From positions 17,096 to 81,095 of the forward strand of contig JASMDM010000044.1 in NCBI GenBank assembly GCA_030752795.1: a stretch of 64,000 nt of DNA, in the 5' to 3' direction. Below, one piece after another: positions 19,467 through 30,183 of this stretch. Position 1 is the stretch's first letter. Each line of letters starts with the position of its first letter. Source of the DNA: SAR202 cluster bacterium. Its GTDB lineage: Bacteria > Chloroflexota > Dehalococcoidia > Lucifugimonadales > UBA1123. The notes beneath the pieces are model-generated. The model searched no databases. It was not told the DNA's origin and saw nothing but the letters and a program-made list of their open reading frames with translations. Made by a program: the position numbers and the translations under genes.

Positions 19467-20023
19467 CTCGGCCCGTACTGCCGGCGCCAATCCGACAGGA
19501 TGCTGTCGTCGTATGGGAAGGGCAGGGGAGGCAGCGCGTCGAGGCCCCAGAATCGGGCGTCTTGCGTCTCCGGTCCGGCGGTGAGCTCGCCGCCGGTGAC
19601 TTGTGCTGCGTAGGCTGCAAGCACGACCGAGTGGCCGCCGCCGGAGTACAGTCCGACCAAGCCAAGGAGCTCAACTTCAACGTTGGTCTCTTCCTTGACC
19701 TCGCGCACCGCCGCGTCCTCGATCGCCTCGCCCCTGTCCACGTATCCGGAAGGGAAGCTCCACCGGCCCATCATCGGCTCGATGTCCCGTTGGACCATCA
19801 GCAGCGCGTTGTCCTGACACACGAGCACGACCGCCGCTAGCTTCGGGTCCAGGTACACGACGTGGCCGCATTTCGAGCAGTACGGTCGCTCCACGTCCGG
19901 GTCGGACCGTCCGATTACGTCGCCGCCGCACCTGCCGCAATAAGCGTTGTCGTCGTATCGGGAATCTTGTTTCGGAATTGGTTTGTCTCCGGTCAGGCGG
20001 ATGTCATTCTCTGACTCACTCAA
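19463..20023 (-). CDS. NUDIX hydrolase with N-terminal zinc ribbon (NudC-like architecture)
   Basis: CGRCGG...CSKCGH, followed by the Nudix box GYVDRGEAIEDAAVREVKEETNVEV. Confidence 0.85.
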   Translation of the reverse strand: MSESENDIRLTGDKPIPKQDSRYDDNAYCGRCGGDVIGRSDPDVERPYCSKCGHVVYLDPKLAAVVLVCQDNALLMVQRDIEPMMGRWSFPSGYVDRGEAIEDAAVREVKEETNVEVELLGLVGLYSGGGHSVVLAAYAAQVTGGELTAGPETQDARFWGLDALPPLPFPYDDSILSDWRRQYGPS

Positions 20024-20178
20024 TTATATATCCTTCTTTCGTGATCTCCGACAAAAGACCTTCGACTCTCCCGACGATTATTGACGGTCGAACGGGGCAA
20101 TTCTATAATGGCGACGGCGGCTCGGCCGCGCTCATTCAAGACTGACAATCAAGCTATCCATGTCGACAGGAGTGTCAT

Positions 20179-20937
20179 TTGCCACAAATACGAGAGAACA
20201 AAGTGAAGCGCAAGCTCGAACGGGGCGAAATCGCCGTGGTTCTCGCCGGACTTACGACGCCGGACCTGCTGGACTCGATGGGTCCGTTGGGCTTCGACGG
20301 TGCGTGGATTGAAGGCGAGCACGGTCCGATCGACTTCGCGGATATTCCGGACCTGACCAGGGCGTGCGACCTTTGGGAGATGACCTCAGTGGTCCGAGTG
20401 AACCTCAACGTGCCTGGCGTGATCTACCGCACGCTCGACGTCGGAGCGCAGGGCATCGTGGTGCCTCACGTGAACACCGCGGACGAGGCGCGGGCGGTCG
20501 TCGATGCGTCGAAGTTCGCGCCGATCGGCGCTCGCGGGATGTTCACCAGTCGCCAGGGCTACGGCGTTCCGGACTACGTGAATCAGGCCAACAACCAGAC
20601 GCTCGTCGTCGTGCTTATCGAGGACATCGTCGCGGTGAACAATCTGACCGAGATACTCGAAGTCGACAACATTGACGTCTTCTTCGTCGCTCCGGGAGAC
20701 CTAGCGCAGAGCATGGGCCACGTGGGCGACATCTCGCATCCCGAGGTCGTGGCTACAATCGATCGTGCCCTCGCCCAGATCACGGCGGCGGGACGCACGG
20801 CCGGCGCGCTGGTGACCGATGGGTCAGTCGATACGTACATCCAGCGTGGCGCAAGATTCCTGATGATCGGTTGGCAGGGTTGGGTAGCCAACGGCGCGGC
20901 CGCGTTCCAAGACAAAGTCGCGGCGGCCGGGGGCTGA
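20179..20937 (+). CDS. HpcH/HpaI-family aldolase
   Basis: TTG start with AGGAG 6 nt upstream. ...GFDGAWIEGEHGPIDF...VVRVN...RTLDVGAQGIVVPHVNTADEARAVV...PIGARG is typical of the family. Confidence 0.85.
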   Translation: MPQIRENKVKRKLERGEIAVVLAGLTTPDLLDSMGPLGFDGAWIEGEHGPIDFADIPDLTRACDLWEMTSVVRVNLNVPGVIYRTLDVGAQGIVVPHVNTADEARAVVDASKFAPIGARGMFTSRQGYGVPDYVNQANNQTLVVVLIEDIVAVNNLTEILEVDNIDVFFVAPGDLAQSMGHVGDISHPEVVATIDRALAQITAAGRTAGALVTDGSVDTYIQRGARFLMIGWQGWVANGAAAFQDKVAAAGG

Positions 20938-20976
20938 CCCGTTTCCGAATCGGAAGAGACCGAGCGAGGGTCCGCC

Positions 20977-22242
20977 ATGCGTAACATATCGAGAGCCCTC
21001 GCTCGCGTCGTTCCGGACCCTTACTTCGAATTGGCGACGAGCGTTGGCGAAGCGTGCGTTGAGCTCGGCGCCCGAGCTTATCTCGTCGGCGGCGTCGTTC
21101 GAGACGTTCTGATGGGCTGGATCGAATTCGGCGACCTCGACATCATGATCACCGACGCCCCTCCCGATCCGATCAACCTCATCGCAAAGGCCATCGGCGC
21201 CCGCGTCGTCAAATCGTCCCTGTTCTCAACGGGACGTCTCGATCTCAACGGCACCGAGTTCGATTTGACGGTCGCCCGGTCCGAGTCCTATCGCGCGCCG
21301 GGAGCCCTGCCCGATGTCGCGCCCGGCGTGTTGTCTGACGACCTTGCTCGGCGCGATTTTTCGATCAACGCGATGGCGGCAGAACTCTCGCCTGACGCAT
21401 TCGGCGACGTCATCGATCCCCACGACGGCCAAGCCGATCTCGAGAACGCTGTCCTGCGCACGCTGCACGAGCGCAGCTTTCACGAGGACGCGACGCGGAT
21501 GCTCCGGGCGGCACGGTACGCGGCTCGATTCGAGTTCGCGTTGGAACCCCGAACACGCGAGCAGCTCCGGAACGCGCTGCCGCATCTACGGGCGATATCG
21601 CCAGTTCGATTCCGGAACGATCTCCAGCGGGTATTCGACGAGCCGGACGTTCCGGAGGTGTTGGCTCTGCTGGATTCCTGGGGTGTTATCGCAGAGTACT
21701 TACCAGGCACGGCGATCGACTCGAAGCCGTGGGAGCGGTTCCGGGCCGCCAAGCCATCGGATCAAGGTCAACGACATCGGATAGCGTTCGCACTGTTGGC
21801 GCTTACCGGCGATCCCACATCGCATCCGACCGTGGACGTCAGGCTTGCGCTGGACGCCGATGCGACCGCGGCGGTTCGGTCCGCCATCGCGCTGCAAGGT
21901 ACCTTGCCAGAACTAGACGCCGACGACCTCCGCCCAAGCGAGCTCGTAAAGGCGCTCGACACGCAGATTCCCGACGCGGTTGCCGCCAACGCGCTCGCCA
22001 CCTCCAACGTCAATTTGAGTGCGAGGCTTGCGCTGTACCTGGACACCTACAGATGGGTAAAGCCAGCGCTCGACGGGCATGACGTCATCGGCATCGGCGT
22101 GAAGCAAGGGCCAGCGGTAGGCAATGTGCTGGCCAGACTGCGCGACGCACGGCTCGACGGAGAGCTCGATTTGCGCGAAGAGGAAGTCGCCCTGGTCAGG
22201 CAGGCCGTGTCACGTCAGGATTTCTTCGACCCGAAGGGCTAG
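20977..22242 (+). CDS. cca: CCA-adding enzyme / poly(A) polymerase-family tRNA nucleotidyltransferase
   Basis: YLVGGVVRDVLMG...GDLDI head-domain motifs, followed by RDFSINAMA. Confidence 0.8.
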   Translation: MRNISRALARVVPDPYFELATSVGEACVELGARAYLVGGVVRDVLMGWIEFGDLDIMITDAPPDPINLIAKAIGARVVKSSLFSTGRLDLNGTEFDLTVARSESYRAPGALPDVAPGVLSDDLARRDFSINAMAAELSPDAFGDVIDPHDGQADLENAVLRTLHERSFHEDATRMLRAARYAARFEFALEPRTREQLRNALPHLRAISPVRFRNDLQRVFDEPDVPEVLALLDSWGVIAEYLPGTAIDSKPWERFRAAKPSDQGQRHRIAFALLALTGDPTSHPTVDVRLALDADATAAVRSAIALQGTLPELDADDLRPSELVKALDTQIPDAVAANALATSNVNLSARLALYLDTYRWVKPALDGHDVIGIGVKQGPAVGNVLARLRDARLDGELDLREEEVALVRQAVSRQDFFDPKG

Positions 22243-23468
22243 ATGTCTCTGAGTGCTCGGGTCAGCTCGAGCAGGGCGTTTGTGACCGCCCTGGCTTTGA
22301 ATCGCGATCGACGAACGGGGTAGCGGCCCGATCGAGTCGTAACGTTGCGGCCAACGGCGAAGGCCATGTGCGCCGAATCGATCTCGCCGCTGGTGGGGGA
22401 GGGCCGCGTAACGAGGCTCGTGACGCCGACTCCGACATCGGCCTGAAACAGCGCCCTCGCCGCTTCTGCCATCGCCGCTGCGATATCCGTGTCGGGACTG
22501 GATTCTGCAATGCCGGCGTCAATCGGTATGTCATTGCTGCCGGGAAACTCTCCCCGCGAGGCAACCATGCCGCCTCGGAAGATATCGGCGCTCCCTGCTA
22601 CGTCGGTGAGCGTGCTAGCGAACATGCCGCCGGTGAAGCCTTCGATCACACCTAGCGTCTTGCCAGCCGCCTTCAACGCCTCGATCGCCATCGATGCGGC
22701 GGTTTGGTCGTCCACACCCCAGACGGCGTCACCCACGATGTCACAGATTTCGGTCTCCATCGGTTCGATCAGTTCATACGCTTCTTCCGAAGTGCGCGCG
22801 GTTGCTATCGCCCGCAGATGGATCCCGTCTTCTTTCGAGTAGATGCCCAGCGTCGGATTGATGCTGCCGAACAGCGGCGACAGCATCTCGTCGAGCCCGC
22901 CCTCGGTGATGCCGAAGGTCTTAAGGGTTCGGGTCACGATTGACACGTCGGGGTTCATGGTTTTGATCTTCGGGCCAACCTGATCGCCCCACATGCCGTA
23001 GAGCTCTCTGGTAGGTCCGGGCATGGCGGCGATGACCTTGCCGTTTCTGTGCACCCACCAACCGGGCGCGGTGCCCAACGGATTGGGAATCGCGTCGGCT
23101 GAGTCGATGAGAGTGGCCTGCTTGATGTTGGTGGCGGGCATCGGGAATCCGCGGCCCTCGAACTGGCTCTTGAGATGCGCCAGCAGGTCGTCTTGAACCA
23201 CCATTTGCTCGCCCATCACACGTGCGATGGATTCGCGGGTCAGATCGTCTGACGTCGGCCCCAATCCACCGGATGTGATCGTCACGTCCGATCGGTTCCA
23301 CGCCCTGTCGACGGCTTCGAACAGGCGCTCAGGGTCGTCGCCGACCTTCGTGACCCAACAGACCTCCACGCCGATCTTCGCAAGCTCGGAGGCGAGGTAG
23401 CCTGAATTCGTGTCGACGATCTCGCCCATCAGAATCTCGGTCCCGATGGAGATTACTTCAGCATGCAT
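22239..23468 (-). CDS. cinA: CinA-family competence/damage-inducible protein (MoCF-binding domain plus nicotinamide-nucleotide amidase)
   Basis: MHAEVISIGTEILMGEIVDTNSGYLASELAKIGV...ITSGGLGPTSDDLTRE, with a C-terminal PncC-like domain. Confidence 0.9.
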   Translation of the reverse strand: MHAEVISIGTEILMGEIVDTNSGYLASELAKIGVEVCWVTKVGDDPERLFEAVDRAWNRSDVTITSGGLGPTSDDLTRESIARVMGEQMVVQDDLLAHLKSQFEGRGFPMPATNIKQATLIDSADAIPNPLGTAPGWWVHRNGKVIAAMPGPTRELYGMWGDQVGPKIKTMNPDVSIVTRTLKTFGITEGGLDEMLSPLFGSINPTLGIYSKEDGIHLRAIATARTSEEAYELIEPMETEICDIVGDAVWGVDDQTAASMAIEALKAAGKTLGVIEGFTGGMFASTLTDVAGSADIFRGGMVASRGEFPGSNDIPIDAGIAESSPDTDIAAAMAEAARALFQADVGVGVTSLVTRPSPTSGEIDSAHMAFAVGRNVTTRSGRYPVRRSRFKARAVTNALLELTRALRDI

Positions 23469-23624
23469 GGATATATCCTGTCCCGTCTCGAACGCGGCTC
23501 CGGTGGAGGGTAGAGGCGTGGGCGGGCGCAGCCACTCGTGATACAACCGGTAATGTGGGCGATTCAGCAGACGGCGTCTCTGCAGGACCGCAAATGTTCG
23601 GGCGTCGAATCCGACCGAAGCCGA

Positions 23625-24662
23625 TCAGCCTGAACCGCCGGCAGAGTCGTCATCCCCGTAAGGAATGTCCTCGACCAGACCCAGCAATGTGTCGGTCCAG
23701 TCGGCGTCCAGGAGGACGATCGGCGTCGTGTACTCGTCAGAGACCGGTGTCGCGTAATAGAACTTGCCGTCTGGCGATTTGTCGCCTAGCGAGAAAAGCA
23801 CGCCGTCGGTGAACGAGACTCCGCGCTCCGTCAAACCCGCGAACCTAATCTCGATGGCCTGACCTTGTTCTTCGATTCCCCACTGTGTATAGTCGCGCGC
23901 TTCAACTCGAGCCGATTCAACTGTAATGTTGTCGGGGACAGTCATCAACGGGGTGTACTCCGTGAATTTGTCAGAGTCGAGCGGTCGGGCGACCTTGTCG
24001 TCCGGCGTCTTCTTCGCGAACCACTCGCCGTCTTGTTGTTGCAACGAAAGGTATTCGGTCCCTGCCAGGGCGGCATCGCCATAGTAGACGTTGACCTCTT
24101 CAATGCTCTCTGGCGTTCGCTTCACGAACCACTTCGGAATCGGCGGTTCGTTGGCAATGCGTCTCAGCACCTCTCCCCACGAGGCCGCGATTAAGAAAAG
24201 CTGCGTGAATCCGCTAACCTGGCCGTAGTGGAAATCTCCGTCCGGAGTGGCCGCGCCCAGCCGGAACTCGACGCTTCTGCCTGCCGTTAGTCCAACTTCG
24301 ACGATGAGTCCGGGTTGGTCCAAACCGTACTCGGCCGGGTCTTCGATAATCGTGCGAACCTCAGAGAAGTCTCGCTTGGTTTTCGGCCCGCTGACCAAGA
24401 GAACGATCCCGCCCCAACGAGTTTGGCTCGGCGGAATGCCAACCGGAGTGTCGAACACCCAAGCTTCGTCCTCGTCCATGTGGAAGCTCTGAGTGCTCTC
24501 TGTGGTGCTGACTTTGATCCTGTTGATGTCGTCCATCGACACCTGGTAGAACCAGGGCGGTTTGATCGCCGCGTCTTCTTCGTCCTCAAAAGGATTGATG
24601 TAAGCGACGATGCCAACAATCACGACGCCGACCACGAGAACTACCGTAGCTTTCCAGTTCAT
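23625..24662 (-). CDS. DUF4340-like protein; last gene of the GldG-type ABC operon
   Basis: 345 aa with an N-terminal membrane anchor (MNWKATVVLVVGVVIVGIVAY). Its position directly after a GldG-like gene is typical for DUF4340. The family call is from memory. Confidence 0.6.
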   Translation of the reverse strand: MNWKATVVLVVGVVIVGIVAYINPFEDEEDAAIKPPWFYQVSMDDINRIKVSTTESTQSFHMDEDEAWVFDTPVGIPPSQTRWGGIVLLVSGPKTKRDFSEVRTIIEDPAEYGLDQPGLIVEVGLTAGRSVEFRLGAATPDGDFHYGQVSGFTQLFLIAASWGEVLRRIANEPPIPKWFVKRTPESIEEVNVYYGDAALAGTEYLSLQQQDGEWFAKKTPDDKVARPLDSDKFTEYTPLMTVPDNITVESARVEARDYTQWGIEEQGQAIEIRFAGLTERGVSFTDGVLFSLGDKSPDGKFYYATPVSDEYTTPIVLLDADWTDTLLGLVEDIPYGDDDSAGGSG

Positions 24663-24674
24663 TCAGTCACCTGC

Positions 24675-26330
24675 CTACCTTCGCCTCCACCACGCGATGA
24701 CGCCGAAGATGAGCATTATTATCGGCGGCACCAACCAGCTTGACCATTTGATGAAATTCCGCTCGCGTTGATTCACGACAAGCTCTCGGAACGGCACCAG
24801 TTTGGGTCTGACGGCTATGAGGTCGAAGTCCTCGGCCAACCAGTTGACGGAGTTCAACAGCAAATCGGCATTTTCGCTGCTGAAGAAGAACCCGTTTCGG
24901 GCGAAATCGGAGTCGCCGAATATGACCAGTTTGGCGACCGTATCGGGGTTGGTGACGACCTGCCCGTCCAATGTGCCGCCTGCTTGAACGACGGCCGCCA
25001 GATCCAACGGACCACCCAGATCGGTTTCCGTCTCGAACTCGACCTCGTCCGGGTTAGTCTCCAGCCAACTCGCCGGAGTAGACGATATGAGAGTGTCATA
25101 TTGGATGAATGGCGGAAGGTCCTCGGGCGGGAGCGCGAGAGTCAGCGCGGTCACGCCAGGGAAGAACGCCACATTAACTTGATCGGCAATCGGGATCCCC
25201 GATGCGCCGCTCGTGTTGAACTGGAGGTTGGATTTCTGAACCATTGGCGTCAAAAGTTCGCCCGCCACGTTGCTCACGATATCGGCGACACTTTCTTCGA
25301 ATATATGAACGCCCCATCGTCTCAAGAATTGCCTGTAAGTGCCCGGGGAATCGGTGTCGAGCAGCGCCACCAGCTTGCCCCCGTCCAGCATGTACTCCAT
25401 GAGCGCGTCGAGCTCCTGGATCGACAGGTCTTGATCCGGACCGCCGATTATGAGAACCGCCGCGTCAGCCGGGACTGCTAGATCCTGTTTCAGGTTGAGC
25501 GGCCAAATTTGGTAGTTGTCTCGCAACAAGCCTTCGCGGGCAAAATCGTAACCGTTCGGGTCGGTCTCGCCGGTCGCGGGATCTCGCGTCAAAAACGCTT
25601 CGCCGTGGCCGGTCAGGAAGTAGACGCGTTTTTGCTGAATGCCGGTGGCGATTAGCACTCCGGTCAAGAAATCCTGCTCGGAATAATTGAAAACGCCTTG
25701 TTGGTTCCCGGACTCCACGTCTTCGAAGACGATCGTCGGGTACTGTTCGACTCCGTATTGCAGAGCTTGTTCCCGCTCCAGTTGCGGGTCGATGAATCGG
25801 TACGTGAAGTTCGAGCTGCGCCGTTGGAACTCGTTGAGCAGGTCTTCGGCTTGTTGCTGCGCGAAAGAGTTCTGGGAATCGTTCGGGATGAAGAACGCGT
25901 TCGCCCTCACTGGAGAGTCCAACCTGTCGAGTATCTGCTGGGTTTGCGGCGACAGTGAGAACACCCTCGTCGAGGTCATGTCGAATCGGGTCGATGCGCG
26001 GAAGAACAGGAAGTTTACGAGCATCGCGATCAGCAAAAACGCCAAGGTCATCACGATCGCGTTGGCGCCGAAGCGTCCGCGTCGCCCTACCATGAACATC
26101 GCGATGGCCCGCGGTGACAGGACGAGGGCAATGAACAGGAGGACGAGCCCGATGATCAGCACGGTCAGCGAGACATTACGAATCTCGTCGATCGTCAGCA
26201 CAAGTACGACGCCGGCAAGGGTGGCCACGAACCCCACGACCGCGCTGATGGCGCTCCAGAAGCCAGCCGATGCGACCGACGAAGTGAGGGTCTCTCTGAT
26301 TACTTCTCTGTTCGAAGGTTGTCCAGTCAA
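24675..26330 (-). CDS. GldG-like ABC-transport auxiliary protein
   Basis: Large extracytoplasmic protein with N- and C-terminal transmembrane segments, following the ABC-2 permease. The TTG at 26330 lies 1 nt after the permease stop. The track start at 26411 would overlap the permease by 80 nt with implausible sequence. Confidence 0.7.
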   Translation of the reverse strand: MTGQPSNREVIRETLTSSVASAGFWSAISAVVGFVATLAGVVLVLTIDEIRNVSLTVLIIGLVLLFIALVLSPRAIAMFMVGRRGRFGANAIVMTLAFLLIAMLVNFLFFRASTRFDMTSTRVFSLSPQTQQILDRLDSPVRANAFFIPNDSQNSFAQQQAEDLLNEFQRRSSNFTYRFIDPQLEREQALQYGVEQYPTIVFEDVESGNQQGVFNYSEQDFLTGVLIATGIQQKRVYFLTGHGEAFLTRDPATGETDPNGYDFAREGLLRDNYQIWPLNLKQDLAVPADAAVLIIGGPDQDLSIQELDALMEYMLDGGKLVALLDTDSPGTYRQFLRRWGVHIFEESVADIVSNVAGELLTPMVQKSNLQFNTSGASGIPIADQVNVAFFPGVTALTLALPPEDLPPFIQYDTLISSTPASWLETNPDEVEFETETDLGGPLDLAAVVQAGGTLDGQVVTNPDTVAKLVIFGDSDFARNGFFFSSENADLLLNSVNWLAEDFDLIAVRPKLVPFRELVVNQRERNFIKWSSWLVPPIIMLIFGVIAWWRRR

Positions 26331-26331
26331 A

Positions 26332-27042
26332 TCATCGCCACCTTCGGGTTTCCAAAGACCTGATCGTGAAGAAGATAAAAACCGCGGCGATGGACACGAA
26401 GTAGACAACATCCGCGGTGTCGATCACGCCTCTTGAGAAATCTTCCACGTGTTGGCTCATCGACATTCCTGAGAACACCAGAGCCGCCGTGCCGGTCACG
26501 ACCTCGCCGATTCGGTCGACGAAAGACAGTATCAACAAGATCGCCGATCCGACCACGGCCGACACTATCTGGTTGGCAGACAGGGAGGAGCCGAACAGGC
26601 CGATCGCAAGAGCCGCCGCGCCGTGCAAGAGCAGTCCGAGGTATGCCGCAAACAACGGGCCCGTATCCGGCTGGCCGAAAACGTACAGCAACAGCACGTA
26701 GTAGAGAGTCAACGCCAGCGTCATCAGGAGGATAAGGTAGCTGGCGATGTACTTGCCGAGCACGACCTCCCAGTCGCGGACCGGCGAGGTCACGAGCAAC
26801 TCGAGCGTGCCCAGCTTTTGCTCTTCCGCCAGAAGGCGCATCGTCAGAATCGGAGCTAAAAACACGATGAAGAAGCTGGCCCAGTCGACGATACCGCGTA
26901 CGCTTGCTTCAGCGAACGGCGCGGTGATGTCGAAGACGAAAAAGATCCCGGTAAGCGATAGGAACATCGCTCCAACGACGTATGCGCCCGGGGTCGAAAA
27001 GTAGATCTTGCTCTCTTTGACGGCGATTGTCAGTGTGTTCAT
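26332..27042 (-). CDS. ABC-2 type transporter permease
   Basis: MNTLTIAVKESKIYFSTPGAYVVGAMFLSLTGIFFVF... has about 6 hydrophobic spans. Its ATG overlaps the ATPase stop (ATGA). Confidence 0.8.
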   Translation of the reverse strand: MNTLTIAVKESKIYFSTPGAYVVGAMFLSLTGIFFVFDITAPFAEASVRGIVDWASFFIVFLAPILTMRLLAEEQKLGTLELLVTSPVRDWEVVLGKYIASYLILLMTLALTLYYVLLLYVFGQPDTGPLFAAYLGLLLHGAAALAIGLFGSSLSANQIVSAVVGSAILLILSFVDRIGEVVTGTAALVFSGMSMSQHVEDFSRGVIDTADVVYFVSIAAVFIFFTIRSLETRRWR

Positions 27043-27989
27043 CTGGCCACGACCTCTTCTTCTGTTGTCAGCCGCAAGAAGATCTCTTCCAGCGACATGA
27101 CCACGCCTTCGAGGCCGAGCAGGTCCCAACCCGCATTCACGACCTTCGCGGCCAGGCCGGCTCTGATTTCGACGCCCAATTCGGACTGGACCCGATACTT
27201 CGGCACCTGACCTGGCTCATCGGGGATGCGGTCGACGCTTTGAACGCCGTCGACGTCAGCCATAGCCTTTATCACGTCTTGTTGCGGGCCTTTGACCTCG
27301 ATGTCGACGCGCTCACGGCCGACGAGGCGTTCCGCCAGGTTCTCTGGGCTGTCGACCGCGATGATCTGACCCTCGTGAATGATGATGACACGTTCGCAGA
27401 TCTGGCTGACCTCGGGCAGAATGTGCGTGCTGAGAATCAGGGTCTGCTGGCCGCCAAGGTCTTTGATGAGCTGTCGGGTTTCGACGACTTGAATCGGATC
27501 GATCCCAATAGTCGGCTCGTCCAGTATCAACACCTCGGGTTCATGAAGAATCGCTTGCGCGATGCCGACCCGCTGTCTAAACCCTTTGGAAAGCTTGCCG
27601 ATGATGGTTGTGTAGTAATCCTCAAGATGGCAAACACCAACGACATCGTCGGTGCGAGACGCGATTCGCCCTCCCGACATACCTCTCAACTTGCCCATGA
27701 ACGTCAAGTACTCCTTGATGTTCATTTCCGTATAAAGCGGCACGGTCTCCGGAAGATATCCAATGTGGCGGCGAGCCTCCAACGACTCGGTGACGATGTC
27801 GTAGCCCGCTATCGTCACTTCTCCGGACGTGGGTGGAATGAAACCGGTGACGATTTTCATCGTCGTCGTCTTGCCCGCGCCGTTCGGGCCCAGGAACCCC
27901 AGGATTTCACCTGCTTCGACGCGGAAGCTAACGTCGGTGATCGCCGGGTAGTTCCCGTACATCTTGGTGACGTTGTTGACTTCTATCAT
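27039..27989 (-). CDS. ABC transporter ATP-binding protein
   Basis: Walker A GPNGAGKTT, signature LSKGFRQR, Walker B LILDEPT. Confidence 0.95.
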   Translation of the reverse strand: MIEVNNVTKMYGNYPAITDVSFRVEAGEILGFLGPNGAGKTTTMKIVTGFIPPTSGEVTIAGYDIVTESLEARRHIGYLPETVPLYTEMNIKEYLTFMGKLRGMSGGRIASRTDDVVGVCHLEDYYTTIIGKLSKGFRQRVGIAQAILHEPEVLILDEPTIGIDPIQVVETRQLIKDLGGQQTLILSTHILPEVSQICERVIIIHEGQIIAVDSPENLAERLVGRERVDIEVKGPQQDVIKAMADVDGVQSVDRIPDEPGQVPKYRVQSELGVEIRAGLAAKVVNAGWDLLGLEGVVMSLEEIFLRLTTEEEVVAR

Positions 27990-28430
27990 CCCGATATCCT
28001 TTTCGCCAACCGCAACGTTGTTCGGTGACGCTCGACACGCATACGTATCGCCAGGCTATCTCATATGTACGCACAAATCGCTCGACGGGATTTCTCGACG
28101 CCAACGCTGTCGTCGGGACCCCACAGGTAAGCACACGCCCCGAGCCTGTCTGACGAACCGCCTGGGAACGCACCTCGGCGAAACGCAGGCACAAGCCTGT
28201 CACGCAAACCTAAGGGATTCTAAACCATCTCATCGGACGCGTTCAAGGCTTGCGAAATCCCTGATTGGCGGAACTGACGCGTTTTCGCTTTTTTCTTTAG
28301 GGAGGTGTCGTTTGAATCATAAGGTTATAATTAGGTGGGTTGCCACAATTCAAACAACAACGTCCGACGCTTCAGCTCGAGCGAGCTTGACTCGGCGCCG
28401 GTGTTTGCAATCGATCACGAGGCACAATCG

Positions 28431-29813
28431 ATGACGACGGGCTTTAGATCAATACCTCCCGTGAACGAGCTCTTGGCCGACAAACGGGTTGAGCAGCTCG
28501 TCGAGGTCCACTCGAGAGACGCGGTTGTCGACCTGATTCGAGAGCAACTAGACGATGTCAGAGCCGCCATATCGAACGGCGACGCGGCGCCCGGCATCGA
28601 TGACATCATCGCCCAGATCGCGCGCAAATGCGAGGAGCGATGGCGACCGTGGCCGTCAAGAGTCATCAACGGAACCGGAGTCATCCTGCACACCAACCTG
28701 GGCCGCGCGCCATTGAGCGACGATGCCGTGCGGGCGATGGAGAGGGCGGCGATCAGCTACGGCGACCTTGAGTACGATCTGTCGACCGGCAAGCGCGGCT
28801 CTCGCCACGAGCACGTGTCCCGTCTCGTGTGCGAGGCGACCGGCGCGGAAGCGGCCATGGTCGTCAACAACAACGCTGCGGCGGTGATGCTCGGACTCGC
28901 TGCGCTTGCGGCGGGACGGGAGGTCATCGTGTCGCGCGGCGAGGCGGTGGAGATCGGCGGAGGATTTCGGATACCGGACGTTCTGAAGCAGAGCGGCGCC
29001 GAGCTCGTCGAAGTCGGAACCACAAACCGCACCTATGCTAGAGATTACGAGACGGCGATCACCGAACGGACCGGCGCGATACTCGCCGTCCACGCATCGA
29101 ATTTCAAAGTGATGGGCTTCACCCACGCCCCGACGATCGCCGAATTGGTGGATGTCGGACGGCGCAAAGACGTCCCCGTGCTACACGATCTTGGTTCCGG
29201 TTGCCTGCTCCCGACGGAGCCCTACGGCCTGGCGCCCGAGCCGATGCCGCAGGACGCGGTGCGCGCCGGAGTCGACCTCGGGTTCTTCTCCGGCGACAAG
29301 TTGCTCGGCGGACCGCAAGCCGGCATTATCATCGGCAGCCTTGAATCGGTTGCGGTAGTCGCCAGGCATCCGCTGGCCAGGGCGATGCGGATTGACAAGA
29401 TAAACATGGCGGCTTTGGCGGCAACGCTGTTGCACTACATCCGCGGCGAAGCCGAAACCGCCGTTCCGATATGGAAAATGATTTCCGCGACCGACGATGC
29501 GATCAAACAAATGGCGTCGGACTGGGCGGAGAGCGCCGGTGGCGAGGCGACTGTCATGGAATCGAGATCGGCGATTGGCGGCGGAAGCCTCCCCGGCGAG
29601 ACGCTGCCGACATGGGTCGTGAGTCTGCCGACGCACAGGGCGCTCCATGGGGCCGAAGGCGTCGCTCGCGCGCTTCGCGAGAGCACTCCGCCGGTCATCG
29701 CGCGGATCGAGGATGACAAGGTTCTAGTCGACCCGAGGACCGTGTTGCCGGACGACGAGCCCGCGTTGCTCGAAGCGATGAAGCGCGCGGTCGAGATCGG
29801 AGGCGGCGAATGA
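28431..29813 (+). CDS. selA: L-seryl-tRNA(Sec) selenium transferase
   Basis: MTTGFRSIPPVNELL...VINGTGVILHTNLGRAPL...MVVNNNAAAVML...FSGDKLLGGPQAGII (PLP-lysine region). GAGG lies 8 nt upstream of ATG 28431. Confidence 0.92.
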   Translation: MTTGFRSIPPVNELLADKRVEQLVEVHSRDAVVDLIREQLDDVRAAISNGDAAPGIDDIIAQIARKCEERWRPWPSRVINGTGVILHTNLGRAPLSDDAVRAMERAAISYGDLEYDLSTGKRGSRHEHVSRLVCEATGAEAAMVVNNNAAAVMLGLAALAAGREVIVSRGEAVEIGGGFRIPDVLKQSGAELVEVGTTNRTYARDYETAITERTGAILAVHASNFKVMGFTHAPTIAELVDVGRRKDVPVLHDLGSGCLLPTEPYGLAPEPMPQDAVRAGVDLGFFSGDKLLGGPQAGIIIGSLESVAVVARHPLARAMRIDKINMAALAATLLHYIRGEAETAVPIWKMISATDDAIKQMASDWAESAGGEATVMESRSAIGGGSLPGETLPTWVVSLPTHRALHGAEGVARALRESTPPVIARIEDDKVLVDPRTVLPDDEPALLEAMKRAVEIGGGE

Positions 29814-30109
29814 CCTCGAATCGCGGTCGCCAGGACCCGGAATCCCGGTTGCTTAGGCAGGCCAATCTGCCGACCGAAGTGCACCTGCGGCGCATGAAAG
29901 TTCGCCCAGCGTTGGACAAGCTCGACAAGTATCTGAACGACGCCGTCATGGCCGGATTTCCGCGAGTCAGAGTGGTGCACGGCAAAGGCGTCGGCACTAT
30001 GAAGAAGGCCGTCGCCGATTTTCTGGCAAGCCATCCGTTGGTGGCTCGGCAATACGCCGCGAGCCCATCGGAAGGCAACGGCGGCGTCACGATCGCCGAA
30101 TTGGAATAA
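29810..30109 (+). CDS. Smr-domain protein
   Basis: ...EVHLRRMKVRPALDKLDKYLNDAVMAGFPRVRVVHGKGVGTMKKAVADFLASHPLV...GNGGVTIAEL matches the Smr/MutS2 C-terminal pattern. Its ATG overlaps the selA stop. Confidence 0.8.
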   Translation: MTSNRGRQDPESRLLRQANLPTEVHLRRMKVRPALDKLDKYLNDAVMAGFPRVRVVHGKGVGTMKKAVADFLASHPLVARQYAASPSEGNGGVTIAELE

Positions 30110-30183
30110 GCGCCGCGAAGTTTTCGCGGCGTCTGGCCGCGACGGCCTCGCACATCGATTAGCGACCCGGTTCAGGACCGACG

